Positions 30,101-36,766 of a stretch of DNA of 64,000 nucleotides are shown piece by piece (position 1 is the stretch's first letter; each line of letters begins with the position of its first letter). Source of the stretch: a bacterium. Lineage in GTDB: Bacteria > Patescibacteriota > Patescibacteriia > JBAXGH01. Location of the stretch: assembly GCA_037139515.1 (NCBI GenBank), contig JBAXGH010000002.1, forward strand, positions 17,727 to 81,726, written 5' to 3'. Both the position numbers and the translations under genes were made by a program. A model generated the notes under the pieces. It searched no databases. It was not told where the DNA came from and saw nothing but the letters and a program-made list of their open reading frames with translations.

Positions 30101-31562
30101 TTTTGAAAATGATTGCATCGGTAGTGCCGACTCCGGAGGTTGATTCAAGTGTGAGGATGGAAGCGGCCGCAGCTCCACCGATAAGAAGTGGCGTGGTGAC
30201 AGAGGTTCCGATTGTTGGCGCGTCTGAAAATGATGGGACGCCGGCATTGGCAATCAAAATCGAATTCGCTCCACCTTGAGCTGTAACCTGAATGGCTGAA
30301 GTAGTGTTGCCATAAAGTATGCCGTTTGGCGTAAAAGTCGTGGCTCCGGTACCACCATTCCCTACCGGTAGAGTGCCGGAAACTTCGGTAGCGAGTGCAA
30401 CAGCTCCGAAGCTTGGAACGGCGCCGCCATGAAGAATCTGAGACGAAGTGCCGGCGGTGGCTTGGGAGAGAGCGCCAGAACCATTGGTGAAGAGCGGGCC
30501 ACCATTTGATGAAAATCCACTGAAAGTGATAGTGCCGGAACTCGTGATGCCGGCGGCGGCTGCAATTATACCCGCAGAGCTGACTTGAAATTGACTAGTC
30601 GCGCCGACAGAGAAAAGGCTGGTGGGAGTCGTGGTGCCGATACCGACATTTCCGGTAGCTAAAATCCTGAGGCGTTCAATATTTTTGGTTTCGAGCGCGA
30701 GCGCATTTGCATCATTCGTGCCAAGAGTTGCGAGGGCGGCAAAAGAGTTGCCACTTTGAACAAAAGTGTTTGGATTACTCATGGAGACAAAGGCCGCTCC
30801 ATCATAAGCATAAAGTGTATTGCCGGTTGAATCCCAGACGACATCGCCCTCTTCCGTTCCGACGACAGCCGAAGGAGCTCCAGCATTGGTTGGGACTCTT
30901 AGACCCTGACTCGCTGAGTGCACTGGAGCTAGAATGCGACCACCGACGGCAAGATTTCTGGTGAGAGTCAAATGGCCACCAGAGTCGGTAACCGGCACGA
31001 AAGCCGCGGAGCCGCCGGACTGCGAAGTATCAAAACCATCTAAGAGAGAGGCATTTCCGGCTTGAAGGGCGGTGGCGCTTGAGCCGATGCGACGGCGCGG
31101 AGAAAGAGTTTCGCCATCAATTCTAACTTCCAACCAACGCCCTTCGGTGGTATTGAAAAGTGAATCCGGAAGCGCAATCTGTCCACTACCAGTATCGCCA
31201 AGAAGGATGTTGAAAAGCCCGTCAGCTACAGTAACGGAAACCGTGCCTGGAGAAGCACAGGTTCCGACAGCAGTCCATTTACAATTCGCAACCAAAACCG
31301 CGACTGGATCATTATAAATTATAAAACTTATCGATCTCACACCATCAGGAACCGTCACTTTTTGAGCATCAGTTAAGCGCCCTTGATAAGACAGAATCTG
31401 AGGCGTGTCGAGAGTGGCTTTAGAAACACTTGGCAATAAAACAGCGAGAGAAACAAAAACAAGCACGCCGATAGCAAGCATTCTTGCTCCGGGATGCAAT
31501 AACAAACCAAAAACTCTGGATTTTAGATTGCCTTCAAGCATGGACAAGGCAGACCTCACCAT
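24147..31562 (-). CDS. Giant surface protein A (2471 aa): signal anchor, shared N-terminal module, LVIVD-repeat beta-propeller region, shared C-terminal ~650 aa module, Pro-rich tail
   Basis: 7.4 kb open frame. About 7 repeats of VYVQGRYAYVV..ATLQIFDVSNPASP (LVIVD-type). The C-terminal region (PMADYAEQYPV...GSYDFAELFPTKDETLGAGEVVAIDP...) is ~75 % identical to giant B. Ends in a PVPxP tail. Confidence 0.85.
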   Translation of the reverse strand: MVRSALSMLEGNLKSRVFGLLLHPGARMLAIGVLVFVSLAVLLPSVSKATLDTPQILSYQGRLTDAQKVTVPDGVRSISFIIYNDPVAVLVANCKWTAVGTCASPGTVSVTVADGLFNILLGDTGSGQIALPDSLFNTTEGRWLEVRIDGETLSPRRRIGSSATALQAGNASLLDGFDTSQSGGSAAFVPVTDSGGHLTLTRNLAVGGRILAPVHSASQGLRVPTNAGAPSAVVGTEEGDVVWDSTGNTLYAYDGAAFVSMSNPNTFVQSGNSFAALATLGTNDANALALETKNIERLRILATGNVGIGTTTPTSLFSVGATSQFQVSSAGIIAAAAGITSSGTITFSGFSSNGGPLFTNGSGALSQATAGTSSQILHGGAVPSFGAVALATEVSGTLPVGNGGTGATTFTPNGILYGNTTSAIQVTAQGGANSILIANAGVPSFSDAPTIGTSVTTPLLIGGAAAASILTLESTSGVGTTDAIIFKTASQSEKMRITTTGQVGIGTAAPGAGTLLDVNGIINSATGFRIANAATAGNFLRGDGTNFVSNAIQSSDVSGFAFIQGGNSFGPADAILGTNDAFALTFETNNVERGRFDSTGNFWTGGVTTVPVGVHASFVPDGNDAFVNGDFAAQDSVYANSFTSGTGGILAATTYGESSTVANGAFTLQSTGALTLSATTTAGADDVIFNTAGSEKMRILENGNVGIGTGAPLSRLDVNGGVAIGSYAATSAAPANGLIVSGNIGIGTTTPSSKLQVQTIAENGTTAITTYDNASLYSSIDLQKSNSASATNVATVDGNILGQFRFQGNDGSGFLNGGLIQVVQTGAVGADVPARMDFVTANGTTAGVKMSIDKDGNIGIGTTAPSHLFTIAATASSDAVSAAQRFEITNSATVGGNGLGFGTDYYIENANGNNNAVAQFNVVLDDATEGSEDSSFRFITRAAGAALSEKVRIDSTGNVGIGTSSPNSRLEVLSTSSPQLRMAYDGSNYTTMGAASNGATTFDATGAGASFVFSDAVSFTGDLTPATDIAYDLGSAAKRWRELYLGPASLKMYSTTTAIGGGTNDVLAELKFIGTTGAGALNLTTTRNGSATGGQINLTSDFPSGNTTSSAFNFTTATNLGATDEVLQIGDSGGTFVTVLGNGDVGIGTATPISQLHAAGKVPSAAAGSISTGTTPTGVYVQGRYAYVVVAGASDTLRIFDVSNSASPAAIGSVSANNNPSSVYVQGLYAYVVSNTAATLQIFDVSNPASPSAISSVATGSSPESVYVQGRYAYVVNSDAGTLQVFDVSNPVSPVVVGSVATGSLPRVVSVQGRYAYVAMSGSLKIYDVSNPASPTFINSVASGINPYGLYVQGRYAYETDFTDATLRIFDISNPASPSSAGSIATAAVSTGIFVQGRYVYLTNWVSPNSLQVFDVSTPGSPTSVGSVTTGTNPYSVYVQGRYAYVINYSSATLQVFDMGGAYIQQLEAGGIETGTLTTRSNVQVGNDLDIRGGMQVGRGMNVTGPVSIYGGAANSQFTIDQTGRVGIGTAPMGDKLTVQDGNVRLHNSTDSNDWVMAYDSTDDYYYIDELGKQRRLKIKNQASGGGMSIGYPADSTPDGELDIEVSVAANKGIVLTGAASQTGNLMELQNSFAARLLSVDAAGEIVFGKNANHNISIESATATDGRDLTITSGNTTNAFGTAGALNLAGGASNDGSGGAVNLYGGTGATGGAVTLRGGNGGSPGETGGNISVLGGSGVSANDGDVNIGTSHTKAITIGYAGMNQPAVAINSRVTVSLIVATGITGPYALCHDTNGAGIDEIKDCNGGPMADYAEQYPVEVGAAMGDIVMIGTTDVTTTQGDTIKELIKSSAPYEAKLIGVISDPATAGDFNSIGYNINPADNPLPVALVGRVKVKVNDENGSIAVGDPITSSSTAGEGMKSTKSGMIVGRALSAFAGPGAGTVMVFVKTEYYLGATLTTDGTLTYLNDSVIVKAKNTATALVEGYDSQAISFTGSGWDGAAAQATNFKLSNITTNSATSRLAIANTAGAEVFSVNQSGDVVITGKLFPSDKGVAQTSKYIYYDSDMSPSDYMRTNAAGWATGSYDFAELFPTKDETLGAGEVVAIDPLYPEHVKRADSSAPNLLLGIISTRPGFLAGEWDKASKKVPVALAGRVPTKVTVENGPIAVGDALTVSPTRPGFATKATASTRKNIGYALEATLVDASIIVYVKTENAVPTNLATESTSQQTQNFQIYQDVDFRGFSITNIKAIRGQNWSIDENGALVVKSVSSNEYIVQVNEEKATIDTAYFPANSDMVVITNASVHENSRIFLTFRGDPGARYWVNNQAEGSFEIRLSSPAVMQLRFEYWIINVNDTRPVTAQNPVANGPVAPTTTPTVPAESTVPTAPATTTTPTEPAAVIEPVAPAAVPDPVPVTDPVPNPVPAPDPVADPAPEPAPAPISDPAPAVEPVPATDGGLVAPVADLSGTPTT
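27150..28070 (-). repeat. LVIVD-type repeat array (coding) in giant gene A
   Basis: YAYVV...L(Q/R)(I/V)FDVSNP(A/V)SP recurs about every 40 aa, 7 times. Confidence 0.65.
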
Positions 31563-31602
31563 TCGTAATTATACCATGAGGCTTTAATGCTGAGCTGCGA
31601 AT

Positions 31603-31646
31603 AAAAAAAGACGATGGGAACAAAGTTTACCCACCGTCTTTTTTTC
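31603..31646 (-). terminator. Rho-independent (bidirectional) terminator after the SPFH gene
   Basis: AAAAAAAGACGATGGG-loop-CCCACCGTCTTTTTTT immediately 3' of the stop codon at 31647. Confidence 0.6.
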
Positions 31647-32423
31647 TTATTTTAGGTTCAAGAAAGGCACCGTTCCGCTCAACATATATTGCGGCAGAAT
31701 CCCGTTCCATTTTTCAACCGCGCGCAACTGTACCAAATCTCGGTTTCGAGAAAGCGCGTCGGCCTGAATGCGGATGCTTTCTGCCGAAGCCTTGGCGGTT
31801 TCGATTTGCTGCTGAGCTTCGATCGAAATACGGGTCAAGTCATTCTTTGCTTTCAAAGCCTGCTGTTCGGCGACCTGCTTAGCTTCGACTGCTTCTTCAA
31901 ACTGATCCGAGAAAGAGAAATCCGTGACTGAGAATTCGTCCACGACCACATAGCGCGGCGAGAGTCTCTCGACCAAAGCTCCCTTAATCATATCTTTCAC
32001 CTCACCGCGGCGACTAATCAACTCTTCGGCGGTAAAATTAGCCATCGTCTGCTTCACCGCTTCTTCAATCGACGGAGTGATGATGCGACTCTCGTAGTCC
32101 AAGCCAATTTCCTTATAAAGCATACCGACTTGCTTCGGATCAAGGTGGAAGTTCAGAGCGATTTTAGTATCAACCGGCTGAATATCCTTCGAATACGCAA
32201 TTGTCGGATGCTCGACCTTCTGGGTCTGAACATCGATCGCGATTACGCTCTGTGCAATCGGCGTGCGCCAATGAATGCCGGGCTCCAAAACCGTGCCATC
32301 AAAAGCGCTCCAATTCAGAACCACGCCACGCTCACCGGCACCAACAATGACAAAAGGGGCTAAGGAAATCAAAACAATCAGCCCAACGATGCCAAGAACT
32401 GTAAAAACAATGATTTTCTTCAT
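31647..32423 (-). CDS. SPFH/band-7 (prohibitin/HflC-like) membrane protein
   Basis: N-terminal TM helix, then GERGVVLNWSAFDGTVLEPGIHWRTPIAQSVIAIDVQTQ typical of band-7 domains. C-terminal coiled coil. Confidence 0.8.
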   Translation of the reverse strand: MKKIIVFTVLGIVGLIVLISLAPFVIVGAGERGVVLNWSAFDGTVLEPGIHWRTPIAQSVIAIDVQTQKVEHPTIAYSKDIQPVDTKIALNFHLDPKQVGMLYKEIGLDYESRIITPSIEEAVKQTMANFTAEELISRRGEVKDMIKGALVERLSPRYVVVDEFSVTDFSFSDQFEEAVEAKQVAEQQALKAKNDLTRISIEAQQQIETAKASAESIRIQADALSRNRDLVQLRAVEKWNGILPQYMLSGTVPFLNLK

Positions 32424-32504
32424 ATGTCAGGCATCTTACTTGGACCGGGTAAAAAATCAAGAAATCAAAACGCAGCAACACAGAAAAGTACTACAGGATA
32501 AATA

Positions 32505-32530
32505 CGAAAAAACCGGCTTTTACAAGCCGG
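32505..32530 (-). terminator. Terminator overlapping the parB 3' end
   Basis: ACCGGCTT-ttac-AAGCCGGT hairpin followed by a T run on the minus strand. Confidence 0.45.
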
Positions 32531-33437
32531 TCATCTTCTTTTTCATCTCCATCAAATCAGTGCGCGAGAAATAATCGATAACGATTTTGCCGCGGCCATT
32601 TTTTTCCGTAATTTTTACCTTCGTACCAAGCGCCTGACGCAACTCGTTCTCATAAGCCATCAGATTCGGATCACGTCGCGAAGTCGAAATTCGAGTTTCA
32701 ATCGTAGCGTCTTCTGCCTGACGCGAAGTCATCCCCTCGTTCATGATTTTGTGAAATAGCGCGAGCTGTTCGGATTCTGATTTAAGCGCGAGGATTGCGC
32801 GCGCCTGACCAGCCGCGATTCTCTTTTCACGAAGCGCGGTTTGAATTTCGGTCGGTAATTGCAACAAGCGCACCGCGTTCGCAACCGCCGGACGCGATTT
32901 TCCGACTCGCTTACTCACCTCTTCTTGAGTTAGCGCGAATTCTTCCATTAATAATTGATAAGCCAAAGCTTCTTCAATCGGATTCAAATCCGAACGTTGC
33001 AGATTTTCAATCAAAGCAAGTTCAAGCTTAGTCCTATCATCAACCCACTCGCGAATCACGACCGGAATTTTAGTGAGTCCGGCGAGTTTTGAAGCGCGCA
33101 AACGGCGTTCGCCAGCGATCAGTTCGTATCGATTCCCCTGCTTCGTGACAACGAGCGGCTGCATGACACCGTGGATTTTGATTGAATCAACCAGTTCCTG
33201 AAGATCCTCGGGATTAAAAACGGTACGCGGCTGGAAGGGATTCGGATCAATCGCGTTGATATCAACTTCAAGCATGCCGGTTTTTGAGCTTTCTGGAACC
33301 TCAAAAGTTTTCGACATCATTTCGTTTGATGCCGAACCGGTACTCGAACTCGAACCCGCACCCACGCCCATCGCGGAAAGCGGGAGCATTGGTTTCTTTG
33401 GAATGAGCGAACCTAAGCCGCGACCTAAACCTGACAT
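32520..33437 (-). CDS. parB: Chromosome partitioning protein ParB/Spo0J
   Basis: MSGLGRGLGSLIP N-terminus, LIAGERRLRASKLAGL box, HTH. Confidence 0.9.
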   Translation of the reverse strand: MSGLGRGLGSLIPKKPMLPLSAMGVGAGSSSSTGSASNEMMSKTFEVPESSKTGMLEVDINAIDPNPFQPRTVFNPEDLQELVDSIKIHGVMQPLVVTKQGNRYELIAGERRLRASKLAGLTKIPVVIREWVDDRTKLELALIENLQRSDLNPIEEALAYQLLMEEFALTQEEVSKRVGKSRPAVANAVRLLQLPTEIQTALREKRIAAGQARAILALKSESEQLALFHKIMNEGMTSRQAEDATIETRISTSRRDPNLMAYENELRQALGTKVKITEKNGRGKIVIDYFSRTDLMEMKKKMTGL

Positions 33438-33448
33438 AAGTATATTGG

Positions 33449-34216
33449 TTACGAGCCTGCTCTTTTAATGACTTCCTGCGCTAAAAGTTGATAGGCCGCT
33501 GCGCCACGCGACATCGGATCGTAGCCGATAATCGTTTTTCCGTGTGACGGCGCTTCAGCTAATCGCACCGAGCGCGGAATCACGGTATCAAAAATCTTTT
33601 CCGGGAAATACTTTTGCAACTCGGAAACAACGTCGGAAGAAAGTTTGGTGCGATGATCAAACATCGTCACAACCGCGCCCATAATCCCGAGTTCCGGTTT
33701 CAAATGTTCGCGCACGAGTTCAACCGTCTCCATTAAATGCGTCAAACCCTCAAGAGCATAATACTCCGCCTGCACCGGAATCAAAAGCGTGTCTGCCGCG
33801 ACTAGCCCGTTTACCGTAAGCAAACCAAGTGATGGCGGTGAATCGATGATAATAAAATCATACTCGCTTCGAAGCTCAGAAAGCGCGTCATTCAAGCGAT
33901 ATTCGCGGCGTTCGAGCGAAACCAACTCGACGTTCGCACCCGAAAGCGCTGAAGTCGCCGGAGCCACAAATAAACCTTCGTGCTCAGTGCCCTGAAGAGC
34001 CTCGCGAATCTGTTTTTCACCAATCAAGACTTCGTAGATTCCGTGCGACAACTCGCGATGATCGACGCCGACACCGCTCGTGGCATTGGCTTGCGGATCT
34101 AAATCGATAAGAAGTACGCGCTTTCCGGCGCCAGCCAAAGCTGCGCCCAAATTCACAACCGTGGTCGTTTTCCCGACACCACCTTTCTGGTTCACGACTC
34201 CAATCACTGTGGCCAT
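33449..34216 (-). CDS. parA: Chromosome partitioning ATPase ParA/Soj
   Basis: VIGVVNQKGGVGKTTTVVNLGAALA deviant Walker A. Confidence 0.9.
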   Translation of the reverse strand: MATVIGVVNQKGGVGKTTTVVNLGAALAGAGKRVLLIDLDPQANATSGVGVDHRELSHGIYEVLIGEKQIREALQGTEHEGLFVAPATSALSGANVELVSLERREYRLNDALSELRSEYDFIIIDSPPSLGLLTVNGLVAADTLLIPVQAEYYALEGLTHLMETVELVREHLKPELGIMGAVVTMFDHRTKLSSDVVSELQKYFPEKIFDTVIPRSVRLAEAPSHGKTIIGYDPMSRGAAAYQLLAQEVIKRAGS

Positions 34217-34225
34217 AAAAATATA

Positions 34226-34292
34226 GAGATTAGAGGTTAGAGCTTAGGGCTTAGAGATATCACTAATCTCTAAACTCTAAGCTCTAAGCCCT
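34226..34292. repeat. Palindromic TTAGAGCTTAGAG-family repeat, copy 1 of 3
   Basis: AGAGATTAGAGGTTAGAGCTTAGGG...CCCTAAGCTCTAA forms a hairpin. Its 25-nt core is identical to the copy at 41971-42005. Confidence 0.6.
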
Positions 34293-34373
34293 TGCGATTC
34301 AGTAGTATACAAAAAAATTTCGATTCAAACAATCGTCGGCCGGAATGTTTCCCCTTCCTTCGCCTCGTGCCCC

Positions 34374-34479
34374 TGGTGACTGTCCCCTTGGTGACAGTCA
34401 CCTACTGTGGATATCATTTTTGACTTCGCTTATTCTGCACGATTAATTAAGAGTGACTGTCCCTTTAGTGACAGTCACC
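34374..34479. promoter_or_regulatory. Two direct copies of a palindrome GTGACTGTC-N8-GACAGTCAC in the parA upstream region (candidate operator or centromere-like sites)
   Basis: GGTGACTGTCCCCTTGGTGACAGTCACC at 34374-34401 and AGTGACTGTCCCTTTAGTGACAGTCACC at 34452-34479. Near-identical flanks. Confidence 0.4.
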
Positions 34480-34531
34480 CCCTGTGTATAACAAAGTTAG
34501 TACCCTCACAATCGTCGCTCATAAAAAAATC

Positions 34532-34939
34532 TTAACACGGCTTGAATCCTTGTTTTTTGAGTTCATTAATCGGCGAGAAACACGGTTGCGGCATCTCGTG
34601 CCACAGAACCCATTGCCAGCCACCACATTTTTCCGGCTCGCAGATCCGAGGTTCGCCGCTCTCCCATTCGCAAATAATAAATATTGTATTGTAATGTTTG
34701 CCTTCATCGCGAAATAAGTCATTGGTAACTCCGGCAAAGCGCAGATTTCTGACTTCAACCCCTGCTTCTTCCATGGTTTCGCGCGCTGCACATTCTGCCC
34801 ACGATTCCCACATTTCCAAATGCCCTCCCGGAAAACTCCAAGTCCCATCACCGTGAGCATTCAATCGCTTCCCCATCAAGATTTTCCCATCGCGAACGAC
34901 GATAGCCGCAACCCCGATTTTTGGCCTTTGAATTTCCAT
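34532..34939 (-). CDS. NUDIX hydrolase
   Basis: Nudix box GGHLEMWESWAECAARETMEEAGV. Confidence 0.8.
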   Translation of the reverse strand: MEIQRPKIGVAAIVVRDGKILMGKRLNAHGDGTWSFPGGHLEMWESWAECAARETMEEAGVEVRNLRFAGVTNDLFRDEGKHYNTIFIICEWESGEPRICEPEKCGGWQWVLWHEMPQPCFSPINELKKQGFKPC

Positions 34940-35082
34940 ATGCGAAGATGATAGCGCAGAGTTTAACAGCAGTCACCCCACCATGTTGTCATCCTCGACG
35001 GCCGAGGGATCTTTAACCCCCCGATACGGTTGACATCTCCGTGATTAAATGCCAACATTCATGCGACCAAAAGGAGGTCAAG

Positions 35083-35472
35083 ATGGACCCGAATTTCAAG
35101 CCACACGAAGGCGAGCTGCTCGCCGCATTCCGGGACTGCTGGAAGATTGAACGCGTCACGAGCGAGTCGTTCGTTTCAACCGAAACCCTGAAGCCGACCG
35201 ACTACGAAACCCTCGGCTACACCGCTGAACAAGAAACGGCGCAGCAATTCAAGAAGCGCGCTGGTGACAAACTCGGCCAATTCCGAGTCATGGCATGCAA
35301 GGGAATCGTCGCGGACGGGCGCATCTTCACCTTCGAAGAAGTCGTGCCTCTCACGCCCGACAAGGCCGACGAAGCGCTCGCCAAAGCTGCACTCGTCGGG
35401 CTCACGCCGTCGCAACTTACCTACGTCCACAAGGAGATGCTCCTGATTGCGAAGGAAAACCAGTCCGAGTAA
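35083..35472 (+). CDS. Hypothetical protein (129 aa), GC-rich orphan
   Basis: ATG at 35083 preceded by AAGGAGG. Strong terminator follows. Local GC is about 58-60 % against about 45-50 % in the neighbouring genes. I recognise no family. Confidence 0.5.
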   Translation: MDPNFKPHEGELLAAFRDCWKIERVTSESFVSTETLKPTDYETLGYTAEQETAQQFKKRAGDKLGQFRVMACKGIVADGRIFTFEEVVPLTPDKADEALAKAALVGLTPSQLTYVHKEMLLIAKENQSE

Positions 35473-35490
35473 CAACCAGTTCATCGAAGT

Positions 35491-35519
35491 CGCGCCGCCC
35501 GAAAGGTCCGGCGTTTTTT
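35491..35519 (+). terminator. Rho-independent terminator
   Basis: CGCCGCCCGAAAGGTCCGGCG followed by TTTTTT. Confidence 0.55.
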
Positions 35520-35589
35520 AAACGAAAAAATCACCCACTGTTTGCACTATTGATTGGAAGCAGCCACAAATATACTATGAACGCAAAAT

Positions 35590-36111
35590 ATGAAACATTT
35601 AACAATAGCCGTCGGCACAACTTCCGCTCAAAAAATTAGTTATCTCAAAGAAGCTTTAGATGAAATAGGAATTGAAGCCTCACTAAAGCCTATCGAAGTA
35701 AAAAGTGGTGTCTCTGAACAGCCAATAACATCCGACGAAACCCAAGAAGGCTCAATCAATAGAGCAGAGAATGCTCTCAAAGAAACTCTCGATGCTGATT
35801 TTTCCCTGGGCATTGAAGTTGGTTATCACAAAGGCGCCAAAGACAAATTCGAGATGTTCTGTTGGGCGACGATTCTTGACCGCAACGGACACCGGACATC
35901 TGGACAGTCTCATCGATTCTTGCTGCCAGAATATCATCAAGACATACTCGGAAGCGGCAAATATCTTGGCGAGCATCTGAACGACTACGCTAGTAAAGCT
36001 AATGACGCGGCAGGAGTATATATCGAAAATATGATCCGACATCGCAAACCGTTCATCGTGAGCGCAATAAAAGACGTCCTTATCCGATATCTGAGAAAAG
36101 AAGACTATTGA
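35590..36111 (+). CDS. Non-canonical purine NTP phosphatase, YjjX/DUF84 (inosine/xanthosine triphosphatase)-like
   Basis: MKHLTIAVGTTSAQKISYL...KPIEVKSGVSEQPITSDETQEGSINRAENA matches the YjjX N-terminal signature (V.SGV.EQP...ET..GA.NRA.NA). Confidence 0.6.
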   Translation: MKHLTIAVGTTSAQKISYLKEALDEIGIEASLKPIEVKSGVSEQPITSDETQEGSINRAENALKETLDADFSLGIEVGYHKGAKDKFEMFCWATILDRNGHRTSGQSHRFLLPEYHQDILGSGKYLGEHLNDYASKANDAAGVYIENMIRHRKPFIVSAIKDVLIRYLRKEDY

Positions 36112-36114
36112 TAA

Positions 36115-36148
36115 GAAAAAATCACCCGCACCGGGTGATCTTTTCTTT
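36115..36148 (+). terminator. Rho-independent terminator
   Basis: ATCACCCG-cac-CGGGTGAT hairpin followed by CTTTTCTTT. Confidence 0.55.
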
Positions 36149-36347
36149 GCCGCTCTGTGAGATGTCGAAGCTAAATTTTGATAAACAGTGGAAATCAAAA
36201 TTTAGCTCGCGACAAACCTCCCGGTTTTTCGCGTACTTTTCCCTCCGTTGCCGTGGGGAAACAAATGTTTCCCCTAACCCCTCCTAGTTCGACTCTCACA
36301 AATCTAGTAGCAAATAAAAATCCCGAGACGAGCTCGGGGTTTTTATT

Positions 36348-36427
36348 TGCCGCTGGTGAGAGTCGAACTCACATGGTTTCCCGCGCGATTTTGAGTCGCG
36401 TGCGTATACCAATTCCGCCACAGCGGC
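36348..36427 (-). tRNA. tRNA-Leu (anticodon CAA)
   Basis: Reverse complement GCCGCTG..GCGGAATTGGTATACGC..CGCGA-CTCAAAA-TCGCG..(11-nt variable arm)..GTGAG-TTCGACT-CTCAC-CAGCGGC-A folds as a cloverleaf. A terminator hairpin CCCGAG-acgag-CTCGGG with T run lies 3' of it at 36321-36346. Confidence 0.7.
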
Positions 36428-36431
36428 CTTC

Positions 36432-36505
36432 TAGCGGGGGCCGGATTTGAACCGGCGACCTAGGGCTTATGAGTCCCTCGCTCTTACCAACTGAGCTACC
36501 CCGCC
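36432..36505 (-). tRNA. tRNA-Met (anticodon CAT; elongator type, could be Ile2)
   Basis: Reverse complement GGCGGGGTAGCTCAGTTGGTAAGAGCGAGGGACTCATAAGCCCTAGGTCGCCGGTTCAAATCCGGCCCCCGCTA. G1:U72 pair. Anticodon loop CTCATAA. Confidence 0.7.
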
Positions 36506-36766
36506 ATATAGTTGAGTGAAGCAAAATGCTCAAATCGCGAAGCGATTAACTCATCGTGCTCAAGCGGAATCGAAAGTTTACTTTCGAGGCCGATTGAGCC
36601 GATGAGTCAAGGCGAGCATTTTGTGCATTTTATTTCCGAACGGTTGGCGGGGCACGCAGTACCCCGCGTATCACCCCGCTCTGCATATGGCGGACAGAAT
36701 GATATCAAAACCCCGTCATCTCGGCAAGCTCGCAATTCCCGCACAAATGAGCTACAATAGCGGCTT

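Noticed and set aside
35295-35639. 114-aa Arg-rich plus ORF overlapping the 35083 gene and the yjjX-like start
   Set aside because: It is an alternative frame of a GC-rich gene, with no RBS. The Arg/Ser-rich composition is typical of out-of-frame translation of GC-rich DNA.
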